A stretch of 64,000 nucleotides of DNA, taken from the NCBI GenBank assembly GCA_963751345.1, contig CAVVUS010000022.1, forward strand, positions 96,001-160,000, in the 5' to 3' direction. The position numbers and the translations under genes were made by a program. Shown in pieces: positions 11,133 to 21,306 of the stretch; within the stretch, counting starts at the first letter, position 1; every line of letters begins with the position of its first letter. Source of the stretch: an uncultured Chloroflexia bacterium (lineage in GTDB: Bacteria; Chloroflexota; Anaerolineae; B4-G1; SLSP01). Below the pieces are notes generated by a model, which was not told where the DNA came from, did not search any database, and saw nothing but the letters and a program-made list of their open reading frames with translations.

Positions 11133-14100
11133 CTACTCCACTTCCCAGAGCCGGCCCGAGGGAAGTCGCATGAAAAGAACGGGACTCTCGACCCCCGGGA
11201 GATCGGCGCTGAGAAGCGCGTCGCGCGCCTGATTGAGGGCACGATCTGCCATGCCGTGGCGGGCGAGGCCGTCATAGAAGGCCTGGACGATGCGCTGGGC
11301 CGAGCGCATCTGGACGCGATTGCGCATCGCGACGACCGCCGGGACCCCTGCCTCGACCAAGTTGACGGCGAGCCCCGCCAATGCGTGACCATCTGGGCCG
11401 ACGGCGCTCTGGCAGACCGACAGGTAGACTAACTGGGGCTGTCCCCCCTGATGTGCCAACATGCGGCAGAGCAAATGGCCCGCAATGGCACGGGTGTTGC
11501 CGTGGGCATCCTCGAGGAGTAGATCCATCCGCTCCTGCCGGGCGTTGAACCGGCCGTGGCCGACAAGGTGGAGCCAGTGGTATCCCTCAATCATTGCGCG
11601 GCTGAGGGCCTCCAGCGTGATCGGTGGCGGCAGGAAGTCGAGCCGTATCTGATCGGGGTCTATACCCGAGAAGGCCCGGGCCAGCAGATACTTCTCCATC
11701 TTTACGTCAAGAGGCGGGAGATCATATCGCTCGGCGAGATCACCGGGATTCGCAATGGCACCGAGCACGCGGATAGGCCGGTCCACCGTGGGTGCTCCCA
11801 ATGGCTTCTCGACAGGCAGATAGCGCGAGAAAGGCGTCGCCTCGCACGCAGACAACATCACCTCGTCATCGTGAAGCAGCTCCCAGGGAAGACGTTGGAG
11901 CACCGAGACGTCATCATCGATGCGTAGCCGGATCCGCCGCAAAGCTCCCTGTTGTTGGGCCTGCCCACGCGCAACGTGCCACGCCTTACGCACCGCGCCA
12001 TTTCGGAAGAGGCTCTCGAACAGGTAATGGCCGTCCGCCACAAGATCACCTGTCGGAGACCAGTCAACGATGGCCCGCGACAGCTGACCGCCGGAGAAGA
12101 CCTGGCCGCCGTTTAGCGTCACCTCCACGCTGTAGTCGCGAGTTCCATGCCCGATCCGTATCTCCAGATCGACGGTGGGTATGGCCAAAGAGCTGCCGGC
12201 CCACTCCAGGGCTCCGCCGCTCTCCGAAAGGATCCGAAGGGTGCCCGGCACCCGCTTTGCCGTCTCTTTGGCCACCGGAAGATAGATCGTCTCCTCGCGA
12301 CGATGAGGCTCGCCATTGCGGTCGAGGTAGTCGATCTGGAACCGGAGGGGGACGGAGTCGCCGTGGGCCAGCGGCTTGACGTCGAGCACTTGCTCCTCGC
12401 TTTGCCCGACGGGAAGCGCGGCCAACGTCTGGGTCTCTGCAATCTGCCCCTCGAACTGCTCGCCTGCGACGCGGATGATCAGGTTGCGTGCCAGACCGTA
12501 CCCGCCGTTACGAATGACAAGCCGCAGGCGGGACCACGCATCGAAGACTAGGCCCGCGTGCTGCGCGTCCACCACAATCAGCGGCAGTCCGAAGACCTGT
12601 GCATAACGCCTGCGCGCCTCGGCGGCCCTCTCGATGGCGGACACCGAGTCAAAGAGATGTGCTGCCGTCGCCCAGGCCTGCGCTCGCACGTCGGCGCTCG
12701 ACTCATCATCGCCCAGCTGCTCGGCATGGCGACACCACGCTTCAGCCGCACGACGCGGGTTGTTCTGGGCCTCCCAGGTCCGGGCAGCTTTTGACCACCG
12801 CCCGGCGCTTTCGTGATCCTCGGCCGAAACGGGATAGGTCAGACAAGTCACCTCGCCGGTACAATCTGACCACGATAGCATAAGGTCCCTCAGCATCCCC
12901 CTCTGTCAGCGCTGGAGAGGTCTTTGTCTCCTGGGTCATCGTGTGCTGCCACAGGAGCTTGCCGGTATGCAGATCGATGCCGTAAAGGTGCCGGTCGTTG
13001 CCCGCGACACACAGGACGTTGTCGGCCACGACCGGTGCGGCGGTGACGTAGGCCCCGGTATGGAAGACCCACTGAGGTAGGCCATCCTCAGGGCGCAATG
13101 CGTAGACGCCATCTTGCGCGCCGACATAGAGCCATTGGCCATCGGTCACAGGTGTGGTTAGCCGCTTGCCGCGCGGCCCAACGGGCGATTCCCACATCAG
13201 ACGGCCATCCTGGCGCGCCAGCGCCAACACGATTCCGGAACTGAGAACTGCGACGACAGTCTCCCCAATCACAAGGGGCGTCTGGCTGATCTGCACGCCG
13301 GATAGAACCCCCTCGACCTCATAGCGCCACAGGATATCGCCATCCAAGGTCAGGGCCACCAATGAGGGAGCGCGACACGGGACGTAGATGGAGGTTGCAT
13401 CACACGCGGGGGCTGACAGCGCGACATCGACCGGCAGGGATACCGCTGAGAGCTGTTCGCCATCCCTCGCATCCAGGATGAGCACAGAACGGCTGTTCCC
13501 GGTTACCGCTGCCACGCTCCCCAACACGGCCGGCGCGGAAATCTGGTGCACCTCGAGTTCGGTGCTCCACAAGATTCGGCCGGAGCCGTCCACCGCGATC
13601 AGGGCACTCTCACCCGGCAGCCGCCCCAGGCTTGGGAGGCTGACCAACACACTATTCCCGTCGGTGCGCACCATCCCGCCGACGATTGCGTTAGGGAAGC
13701 GCTGCTCCCATATCACCGCACCCGAGGTCACGCTGAGTGCTCGCAGAACGCCGCCCGGCGATCCCCGCCCTGACTCTTGGGATGCGATGAGACATACATC
13801 GCCCAGAACTACCGGCGCCGCCATCGGCTGCCCCGGCAGCGCGTATGACCAGACGGGGTAGGGATCCTGAACAGGGAGAGATGCCGGAGACGCCTCTTTG
13901 GGCGTTGCCCACACCGTGGACGCAGTTTCGGTTTGGCGCCGGACGATAGGAGGTGGCATTGGCTTGAGTTGGAGATCGTCCCGGACCTGGGGAAGGTAGG
14001 CAACGAGCTCTGCGATTCGCTGCCGTCTCTCAAGGTAATCGACCATCCCCCTGACGAGATCGAGTTTGTTCGCAGTACCGGGCAGGGTTTCCGCGTCGAT

Positions 14101-14238
14101 TTCGAGGTCGAAACAAAGCGTTCGCAGCTCGCTGATGGTGAACCGTTGCACCAGGAGCCGACGCAGATAAGTTAGGTAGCCTCGATCGGTTCGTCCCGCA
14201 GTATCAGACATGGAAAGCTTCTCACCAGTAAATGTCAC
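11133..14238 (-). CDS. EAD (Death-like) domain, PQQ-like beta-propeller, TPR-like and Ig-like region, CHAT caspase-like protease (frameshift near 12867)
   Basis: N-terminal LRRLLVQRFTISELRTLCFDLEID..LPG..K..LVRGMVDYLERRQR; repeated A(L/I)D..G..(L/I)W propeller blades; CHAT motifs LPWELL, HLVGHG, YLSVCQS, AGVPAVVAM. The ORFs join as GPYAIVV/DCTGEVTCL. Confidence 0.82.
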
Positions 14239-14405
14239 TTAAAACGAGTATAGGCCCATTCAGGAATTGCGCAATGCCGGCGGTGAAACAGGTGTGTTTC
14301 AGAATCGGGACAAACATACCGGCTCAGATGCCGGGCACCAGACGCCGGTCGCCCCGGAAATGAAACACACCCGTCACATCCGGACGCATAATCCGGGCTA
14401 CGGAC

Positions 14406-14416
14406 TGTGGTATACT
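14406..14416 (+). promoter_or_regulatory. Extended -10 promoter element for the HD gene
   Basis: TGTGGTATACT about 60 nt upstream of ATG 14476. Confidence 0.5.
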
Positions 14417-14475
14417 ATATGAGGTTTGGAAAAGGTTGTCCAGTCAACGGAACTAAGGTTGATATAGAGTTATAG

Positions 14476-15145
14476 ATGGCGCAGCGAACTGCAGGTCTGC
14501 CCGGGTATCGAACACGCTAGAGCGTACGCAATAGCACGCTTGGAGCAAGACCTGCCCGCCACCCTCTTCTACCACTCCCTCTGGCACACACGTGATGAGG
14601 TCGCCGAGCGCGCACAATGGCTCGCCGTGCACGAGGGGCTATCGCAGAGAGCAGAGATCCTCGTTGTGACGGCGGCATACTTCCACGACATTGGGTTCAT
14701 TCGACAGGCCCAAGGGCACGAGGAAGCCGGCGTAGAGATCGCATCCAAGGTCCTCCCCTACTTCGGCTACAGTCAAGCACAAGTTCTTACCATCGCCGAC
14801 ATCATCCTGGCGACGCGCATCCCTCAGTCGGCTGCGGGTCTGCTCCAGCAAGTCGTGGCGGATGCGGATCTGGATGTCCTTGGACGGGATGACTTCTTCG
14901 TCCGCAATGAGGCATTGCGGGCCGAACTGGCTGCTTTGGGCAGCGTCGTACCGGATGAGGTTTGGTACCCGGCCCAGGTAAAGTTCCTCGAACAACATCG
15001 CTATTTCACGGCGACAGCCCGACGACAGCGATGGGCCGGGAAACAGGAGAATCTCACGGAGATGCGCCGGCTTGCTGCCGATTGTTGTCCCCGTCACCAC
15101 GAGGCGGCTGTCGTCTCTCACGCACCAAACTTCGCGACACCATAG
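14476..15145 (+). CDS. HD-domain phosphohydrolase (start region probably frameshifted)
   Basis: FYHSLWHT, AAYFHDIGF, GHEEAG, DADLDVLG motifs. Confidence 0.85.
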
Positions 15146-15253
15146 CTCCCTCACCGTAGCCACCGTCGGACGACCACGACGCTTTCACTCTGAACGAGGC
15201 TGATTCTCAGGTCTGTTGAGGGCAGCTTTCCCAGATCCACAGGAGGTCGAGCG

Positions 15254-15679
15254 ATGCAGTCGACAGAAGACGCGGGCCACAACGGCCTGGAACGGGTAGC
15301 ATGCGGGACGAGCTTCGCCCGCCGGATGATGGGGGCTATCGGCTTCACGTTGCTAGGGGTTGCCGTGGCCGTACCGGCCATATGTCTCTATCTCGGACGA
15401 AGAGAGCGCATCCGTGGTCGATCCTCGAAGTCCCAACCCTCAGACGATGCGGCTGCGCCCGCCGAGCCTATTTTGATCACGCTTGTCCCCGACTCCGCCG
15501 CAGACACGCCTGCCGCCGAGCCGATGCCACCCTATGTCGCCAGCTCCGAGCGCGACAGGTTCCACGTTCCCTCCTGCCGTTGGGCCAGGCGAATCCGGCA
15601 GGAGCATCGCTTGGTCTTCGAACACCGTGAGGACGCGATAGCAGAGGGGTATGTGCCCTGCGGCACCTGCAGCCCTTAG
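15254..15679 (+). CDS. Single-TM protein with C-terminal Ada-like Zn-binding domain
   Basis: AGGAGG RBS; TM helix; YVAS..RFHVPSCRWARRI......F...EDAIAEGYVPCGTC. Confidence 0.8.
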   Translation: MQSTEDAGHNGLERVACGTSFARRMMGAIGFTLLGVAVAVPAICLYLGRRERIRGRSSKSQPSDDAAAPAEPILITLVPDSAADTPAAEPMPPYVASSERDRFHVPSCRWARRIRQEHRLVFEHREDAIAEGYVPCGTCSP

Positions 15680-15691
15680 GCCTCTGGGGCC

Positions 15692-15715
15692 CTAACCTTG
15701 CGAAGGTTAGCGAAG
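15692..15715. repeat. Short palindrome between convergent genes, related to 21271-21294
   Basis: CTAACCTT-GCG-AAGGTTAG followed by CGAAG. Confidence 0.5.
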
Positions 15716-15722
15716 ACAGCAG

Positions 15723-18700
15723 CTAGATCCGCGTCTCCGCAGCATCCTCAGGGGGCAACGGGAGTTGGATGGCGAAAACACTTCCCTTGTTGAGCACGCT
15801 CTCGACCCAAACACGGCCCCCGTGGCGTTCCACAATGGACTTCACGAGTGCCAGCCCCAGGCCGGTGCCCTGCACGTTGCCCGTCTCACGGCGCTTGATG
15901 CGATAGAACTTCTCGAATAGGCGCACTTGATCGCCGGGCGCAATGCCGATGCCCGTATCTGAAACGCGCACCGTGGCCGTGTCCTCAGTGATGTCCAACC
16001 CAACGTTGACCTCGCCACCCGAGGGAGTGTACTTGATGGCGTTGTCGACGAGGTTGCTGATCGATTGACGGAGCAGGGTGCGGTCGCCGATGACGGTCGG
16101 CGATCCCTCCGACGGTTCCAGTCGCAGGTCGACATCCTTGGCGCTGGCCCGTGCCCGCATGGCCTCGACAGCTTCGACCATGATCAACCCAAGCCGGCAC
16201 GGCTCCTGGCGAATGCCGATGTCCGACTCGACACGGCGCAGGTCAAGGAGGTCACCGACCAGGCCGTTCATCTGCTCGATTCCCTCCAGGATGCGCTGCA
16301 TGTAGTCGCGTTGGCGATCGTTGAGATCGCCGACCATGGAGAGCATCGTGGTATAGCCTCGCATAAACGTGAGCGGCGCCCGCAGGTCGTGGGAGACGGT
16401 CGCCACGAACTCGGACTTCATCTCGTTGAGTTCCTTGAAGTGCGTCACGTCTCGCATGATGACGACGACGCCCACCGTCACGCCCTCGTTGCTCTTGATC
16501 GACGCGACGCTGGCAGAGAAGGTACGCCCATCCTCCAGGGGAACCTCGACCGAAGGCACGGGTTCGTCATCGTCGTTGCCCCCCACCGACGAGCGCATGC
16601 TCCGCGGTAGTGCGAGCTGGTAGCGGCGCATCCGTCGAGCCGTGGTCGTCTGCTCGGCCAGGGCATCCATCAAGGGCTGGGGCAATCCCAGTTCTGACAT
16701 CGACCGCCCCACTGAGGCACGATCGACCCCGAGCAGGCGCTGCGCAGCAGGATTCGTGAGCAACAGCCGGCCCTCGGCATCCACGACGAGAATCGCGTCT
16801 CTGGTGCTGGCCAGGATGGCAGCCAGCCGCTGCCGCCCGCCCTCAGCCGTCTGGAACAACCGGGAGTTCTCGATCAAGACGGCGGCCTGGCTTGCCAGCG
16901 TCGAGAGAAAGTTCACCCGTGCCTCGTCAAAGACATCTAGCCGATCAACTCCCACCCAGAGCACGCCGGCCGTGTTGTCCTCGATGCGCACCGGGAAGGC
17001 AGCCACACTCTTGAGTTGCTCGACCTGGATGTGTTGTTGCGCCAGGTCCAGGTCCGGGATAATCAACGGCTCCCTGCGCCTGAGCAGTGCCGAGGTCAAC
17101 AACCGGTCCAGCCTGCTGAAGTCACCGGTGGCCTCACCCACGGTATAGATCTGCCCCTGCCTGCCGTTGTCGCGCAGCGCGATAAAGCGTGCGATGGATC
17201 CCTTCGTCTCAACGAGCGTACCCTCGAGGACCGGGACGATGCCACGCTCCAGATCGAGGCTGGCAGAGACTTTCTGCGCGATGTCCAGTAGCAGGGAGAG
17301 ATCGCCCAGGCGCTCCTGCAGACGCACCCGCATCCGGTCGAACGCGTCCCCCAACTCCGCCACCTCATCCTCGCCCGCAATGTCAACCTCTTCCCTGAGG
17401 TTGCCCCCGGCAATCTGGTTCGCGGCCTGGGACAGGGAGTTGAGCGGACGGGTGATCCGCGAGGAGAGCACGGGAATCGCCACACTGAGCAAGATCCCGA
17501 AGGTCAGCTGGACGATGAGAAGTGAGCCCGCGGTTTTCCGAGCCGTCTCCAGCACCGTAACATACGGGAGCTCGAGGACCACCTTCAGCGGGATCGTCGC
17601 CACCTGGTAGACGTAGACCAGTACGTGTTCTCCCTCGGGCGTAAGTGTCTCGAAAACCGTGCCGCCTTCATCACTTATCACGCCCTGCCCAGAGGCGCTA
17701 TCGATAGTGCGCACCGTATGTAGCTGACTCTCGTCCGGATGAGCGACGATCCAACCCGAATCGTCGACGATGAACCCGCTATACTCGTACGTCGTCGTGC
17801 CATCATCGGCCTCGTGCTGCTTCTGCAGAGCCGCGAGCGCCGCCTGAATCTCCGGGTGAACGTCGAAAAGCGCGCGCCCAATCAGGAACCACTCCGGGTT
17901 CACCGGCTCCGAGACATCTTCGGGATACACGGTGCCCAGCACGCTGTATCCGTTGGCGACGCCCATGCTCGTGGTGGAACGCTGGGTGATCTGCGTCTCC
18001 TCGATGCCCGCACCCAGGGTTCGCAGCACCTCCAGGGCAGACACCTCATCGTCCGTAAGCTCAGCATTGACGGTGCCCAATGAGGTAGCCGACACAACCA
18101 CGAAATCGCCACCGGTCTCGCGTACCAGCAGGAGTTCCTGGAAGAAAGGAACGACTCGCAGAGCGATGTTGAGCGTCTCCACCTGCTCCTGAGGATCCGT
18201 GCTCAGCAACTTGGGCTCCTCTGCGAAGGCCTCAATCAGGTTCCTTCCGGTAATGTAGAACTGCTGGATACTCTTGCCGGCCGTCGTGGCACTGCGACGC
18301 ATCTCTTGCAGCGACTGTTCGCGCGCCAACGTCACACTGCGGTTGGTCACCGCAAAGACCGAGAAGAGCATACTCAGGATCACCAGCGGGACGCTGAAGA
18401 CCATAAACTGGGCACTCAGCGACCGGCTATAAAAGGAAGGGGTATCTCCCTGCTGGGGCAATCGCCATCTGGGATTCAGCGAGATGGCTTGCATAACAAC
18501 GCCGAGGCCGGCGCCGGTGAAAAGCCACAGCGGCAGGTCATTGCGCCAGAGCACCACTACATAGTCGATGATCCGCAGTCCATCGGCCAGTCGGCTGGAT
18601 GCCAGACGGCTCACCGAGAGGAGCAGCACGGTCGTAAAGGATGCCAGGGTCACAGCCGCCAGCGGCTGGCGCAGGATATCGAAGACGTCACCCCGAAAAT

Positions 18701-19151
18701 GCTGGTGGAGCAGTGCTCCCACGATATAGCCCCACATCGACAGGGCCAGCACATCCGTGAGCACCATCGGCGTGTAACGTGCCCACGTCAGTCCCCCCAC
18801 GAGTCCCGCGAGGAGACCGGGGCCGGGTCCGAACACATAGGCTACCGCTGCGATCAGGGCGATCCCGGGTAACGAGATGGCGGAACTGAACGGCAGCACG
18901 CTCATCGGGCCTGGGGGGATGACCACCTGTTGAGTCCAGGTGACCGCCAGGAAGCGATGTATCGGGGGAATCAGGGCGAGAAGTACGCCGAAGATAACCC
19001 ACTCTCTGCGGGTCAACTTCCGGAAATCACCGCGACGGCGCCAGACGATAAGGCCAAACAACGAGAGGTAGGCCAGCAAGAGGACCAGGCTTGGAATCCA
19101 CCAGGGGAACTCCAGGGAAAAAGGGCCCGGTTTTCGCACGATCTCAATCAT
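15723..19151 (-). CDS. Multi-TM sensor histidine kinase (Cache-like, HAMP, GAF, PAS, HisKA, HATPase)
   Basis: HAMP ITRPLNSL..DEVAELG.AFDRM; H-box VSHDLRAPLT; NLVDNAIKYT; DTGIGI; GTGLGL. Confidence 0.95.
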   Translation of the reverse strand: MIEIVRKPGPFSLEFPWWIPSLVLLLAYLSLFGLIVWRRRGDFRKLTRREWVIFGVLLALIPPIHRFLAVTWTQQVVIPPGPMSVLPFSSAISLPGIALIAAVAYVFGPGPGLLAGLVGGLTWARYTPMVLTDVLALSMWGYIVGALLHQHFRGDVFDILRQPLAAVTLASFTTVLLLSVSRLASSRLADGLRIIDYVVVLWRNDLPLWLFTGAGLGVVMQAISLNPRWRLPQQGDTPSFYSRSLSAQFMVFSVPLVILSMLFSVFAVTNRSVTLAREQSLQEMRRSATTAGKSIQQFYITGRNLIEAFAEEPKLLSTDPQEQVETLNIALRVVPFFQELLLVRETGGDFVVVSATSLGTVNAELTDDEVSALEVLRTLGAGIEETQITQRSTTSMGVANGYSVLGTVYPEDVSEPVNPEWFLIGRALFDVHPEIQAALAALQKQHEADDGTTTYEYSGFIVDDSGWIVAHPDESQLHTVRTIDSASGQGVISDEGGTVFETLTPEGEHVLVYVYQVATIPLKVVLELPYVTVLETARKTAGSLLIVQLTFGILLSVAIPVLSSRITRPLNSLSQAANQIAGGNLREEVDIAGEDEVAELGDAFDRMRVRLQERLGDLSLLLDIAQKVSASLDLERGIVPVLEGTLVETKGSIARFIALRDNGRQGQIYTVGEATGDFSRLDRLLTSALLRRREPLIIPDLDLAQQHIQVEQLKSVAAFPVRIEDNTAGVLWVGVDRLDVFDEARVNFLSTLASQAAVLIENSRLFQTAEGGRQRLAAILASTRDAILVVDAEGRLLLTNPAAQRLLGVDRASVGRSMSELGLPQPLMDALAEQTTTARRMRRYQLALPRSMRSSVGGNDDDEPVPSVEVPLEDGRTFSASVASIKSNEGVTVGVVVIMRDVTHFKELNEMKSEFVATVSHDLRAPLTFMRGYTTMLSMVGDLNDRQRDYMQRILEGIEQMNGLVGDLLDLRRVESDIGIRQEPCRLGLIMVEAVEAMRARASAKDVDLRLEPSEGSPTVIGDRTLLRQSISNLVDNAIKYTPSGGEVNVGLDITEDTATVRVSDTGIGIAPGDQVRLFEKFYRIKRRETGNVQGTGLGLALVKSIVERHGGRVWVESVLNKGSVFAIQLPLPPEDAAETRI

Positions 19152-19408
19152 AGCTTGGCAACTCTTTTGGGATCAGGTCATACACAGAAGTCACACGGTA
19201 CTGCGCTGTTGAGGGCGAGATACCAGAGCTGCAACCAGGACGCTATCCGCGCCGAGGCCCCGGAACCCACCGAAGCTTCCACCGACCGGATTGCACATCA
19301 TACTCTTCCTTCAATCATACTCAAAGCAGGTTGATTGACAAGTCCGTTGGCATCAAGATTACGTTTCAGATCAGGGGCAGACCCGTTACGGAATCGCCCA
19401 GGAATCTT

Positions 19409-19437
19409 TTGACAGGACATCCATCTTCGGGTAGAAT
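19409..19437 (+). promoter_or_regulatory. Sigma70 promoter of cysE-cysK
   Basis: TTGACA-17 nt-TAGAAT. Confidence 0.75.
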
Positions 19438-19493
19438 AAGGTAGATACTTTTGAGGAAAATTCAGCGTTTACCGGCGTGAGAGGCAAAATACT

Positions 19494-20299
19494 ATGACAA
19501 CGCAATTCGTAGCAGGAATGTCTGAGAGAGACCGTGCCCCGAATGTGGCGAGTGCTGCGGCGACTGCTCCTGCCTCCCCCCCGAGGAACAGACCGTTGCG
19601 CACCCAAATGTGTGGCAACGCGCCCGCGAGGATATCAAAACCGTCTTTGATAAGGACCCAGCAGCCCGCAGTGTGATCGAGGTTCTGACGAGCTATCCAG
19701 GACTTCACGCTATCTGGGGCCATCGTATAGCCCATTGGTTGTGGATGCATGGCGCACTCTTCCCGGCCCGCTTGCTGTCGCACATGATGCGCTGGCTGAC
19801 CGGCATCGAGATCCATCCCGGTGCTACGATCGGGCGGAGGTTTTTCATCGATCACGGTATGGGCGTCGTGATCGGGGAAACGACCGAGATCGGCGACGAC
19901 GTCCTGATGTACAAGGGCGTGGTGCTCGGCGGCGTCTCGCTGGAGCACAAGAAACGCCACCCGACCCTGGGCAACGGGGTCATCGTCGGGTCCAACGCCG
20001 TCGTTCTGGGGCCAATAAAGATCGGGGACAACGCCAAGATCGGCTCGGGCGCGGTCGTGGTCAAGGAGGTGCCTCCGTTTGCCACGGTCGTCGGGGTCCC
20101 CGGCAAGGTGGTACGGATCAACGGCGTAGCGTGTCCGCGCAAGCCGGACCTTCATCATGAGGTACTGCCCGACCTCGTGGCCCAGCGACTGCAGCAGATG
20201 GCCGACCGCATTGAGGGACTGGAGGCTCAGGTCCGCGAACTGGAGGAGCGAACGGAGCGTGAGGCCATCATCGAGAAAGAGGTGACGACATGGGCCTGA
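19494..20299 (+). CDS. cysE: Serine O-acetyltransferase; probable true start 19494 with Cys-rich extension after a frame slip near 19530
   Basis: [38 protein letters not shown] hexapeptide repeats. The cysE frame is open back to 19526; GAGG RBS lies before ATG 19494. Confidence 0.93.
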
Positions 20300-21234
20300 A
20301 GCCCCAGGATTTTCATGGTGCCGTAGCAGACAGTGTTCTGGACCTCATCGGAAGGACACCGGTTGTCCGGTTGTCGAGGATCGTTTCACCGGATATGGCA
20401 ACGGTTTGGGCAAAGCTGGAGCGCCAGAATCCCGGTGGGTGTGTCAAAGAACGTATTGGCCTCTCCATGGTTGAGGCGGCAGAGCGTGACGGGAAGCTCA
20501 AACCCGGAGGCCTGCTCGTGGAGCCCACGAGCGGCAACACGGGGATCGGCCTGGCCATCGTCGCAGCCTATAAGGGCTATCGCCTGATCCTGGTGATGCC
20601 CGACTCGTTGAGCGTCGAGCGACGCAAGCTCTTCAAGGCCTATGGCGCCGACCTGGTCTTGACGCCGGGGGCAGGAGGGATGAAGGCCGCCATCGCAAAG
20701 GCGGAGGAAATCGTACGCGATCACACCGACGCCTTCATGCCGAACCAGTTCGAGAACCCTGCGAACCCCTGGATCCACTACGCGACGACCGGTGCGGAGA
20801 TTCTCGCGCAGGTGCCAAACCTCGATGCCTTCGTCGCCGGCGTGGGTACCGGCGGGACCATCACCGGGGTTGGCCGGCGGATGAGAGAGGAAGCGCCCCA
20901 CGTGAAGATGTATGCGGTTGAGCCCGCGGGCTCGCCCGTGCTCAGCGGTGGGGAGCCCGGGAGCCACAGCATCCAGGGCATCGGGGCCGGATTCAAGCCT
21001 GCGGTCCTCGACATGAGCGTCGTCGATGAGATACTTCAGGTCACAAGCAAGGACGCGATGGCGATGACCCGGCGGCTCGCGAGGGAGGAAGGGCTGCTGG
21101 TCGGCATCTCATCGGGCGCAGCGACGGTCGGGGCCTTAGAAGTGGCAGAACGCCTGGGATCCACGAAGACCGTGGTGGTCGTCCTGCCGGATACCGGCGA
21201 GCGCTACCTGAGCACTTCCGTGTTCGACGAGTAG
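20290..21234 (+). CDS. cysK: Cysteine synthase A
   Basis: [10 protein letters not shown] (PLP lysine), [34 protein letters not shown]. Confidence 0.96.
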   Translation: MGLKPQDFHGAVADSVLDLIGRTPVVRLSRIVSPDMATVWAKLERQNPGGCVKERIGLSMVEAAERDGKLKPGGLLVEPTSGNTGIGLAIVAAYKGYRLILVMPDSLSVERRKLFKAYGADLVLTPGAGGMKAAIAKAEEIVRDHTDAFMPNQFENPANPWIHYATTGAEILAQVPNLDAFVAGVGTGGTITGVGRRMREEAPHVKMYAVEPAGSPVLSGGEPGSHSIQGIGAGFKPAVLDMSVVDEILQVTSKDAMAMTRRLAREEGLLVGISSGAATVGALEVAERLGSTKTVVVVLPDTGERYLSTSVFDE

Positions 21235-21253
21235 CACTTCAGACAAACGCCGC

Positions 21254-21306
21254 AGACACACGAACCTTCGCTAGGCTTCGGAAGCCTAGCGAAGGTTCGT
21301 GTGTCT
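21254..21306. repeat. 26-bp perfect inverted repeat between convergent genes (terminator or REP-like)
   Basis: AGACACACGAACCTTCGCTAGGCTTC-G-GAAGCCTAGCGAAGGTTCGTGTGTCT. Confidence 0.85.

Noticed and set aside
14375-14432. GGACGCA..CCGGGCTACGG..CTATATGA resembles part of a c-di-GMP-I riboswitch
   Set aside because: No GGCAAA or GNRA-capped P2 upstream, and the segment overlaps a good extended -10 (TGTGGTATACT), so it is probably not transcribed.
19523-19525. In-frame TGA before the Cys-rich cysE segment as possible selenocysteine
   Set aside because: No ATG/GTG/TTG start in that frame between it and the previous stop at 19478; a frame slip explains it better.
19440-19610. T-box or SAM riboswitch upstream of cysE
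   Set aside because: No T-box or S-box consensus, and the leader is too short after the promoter.
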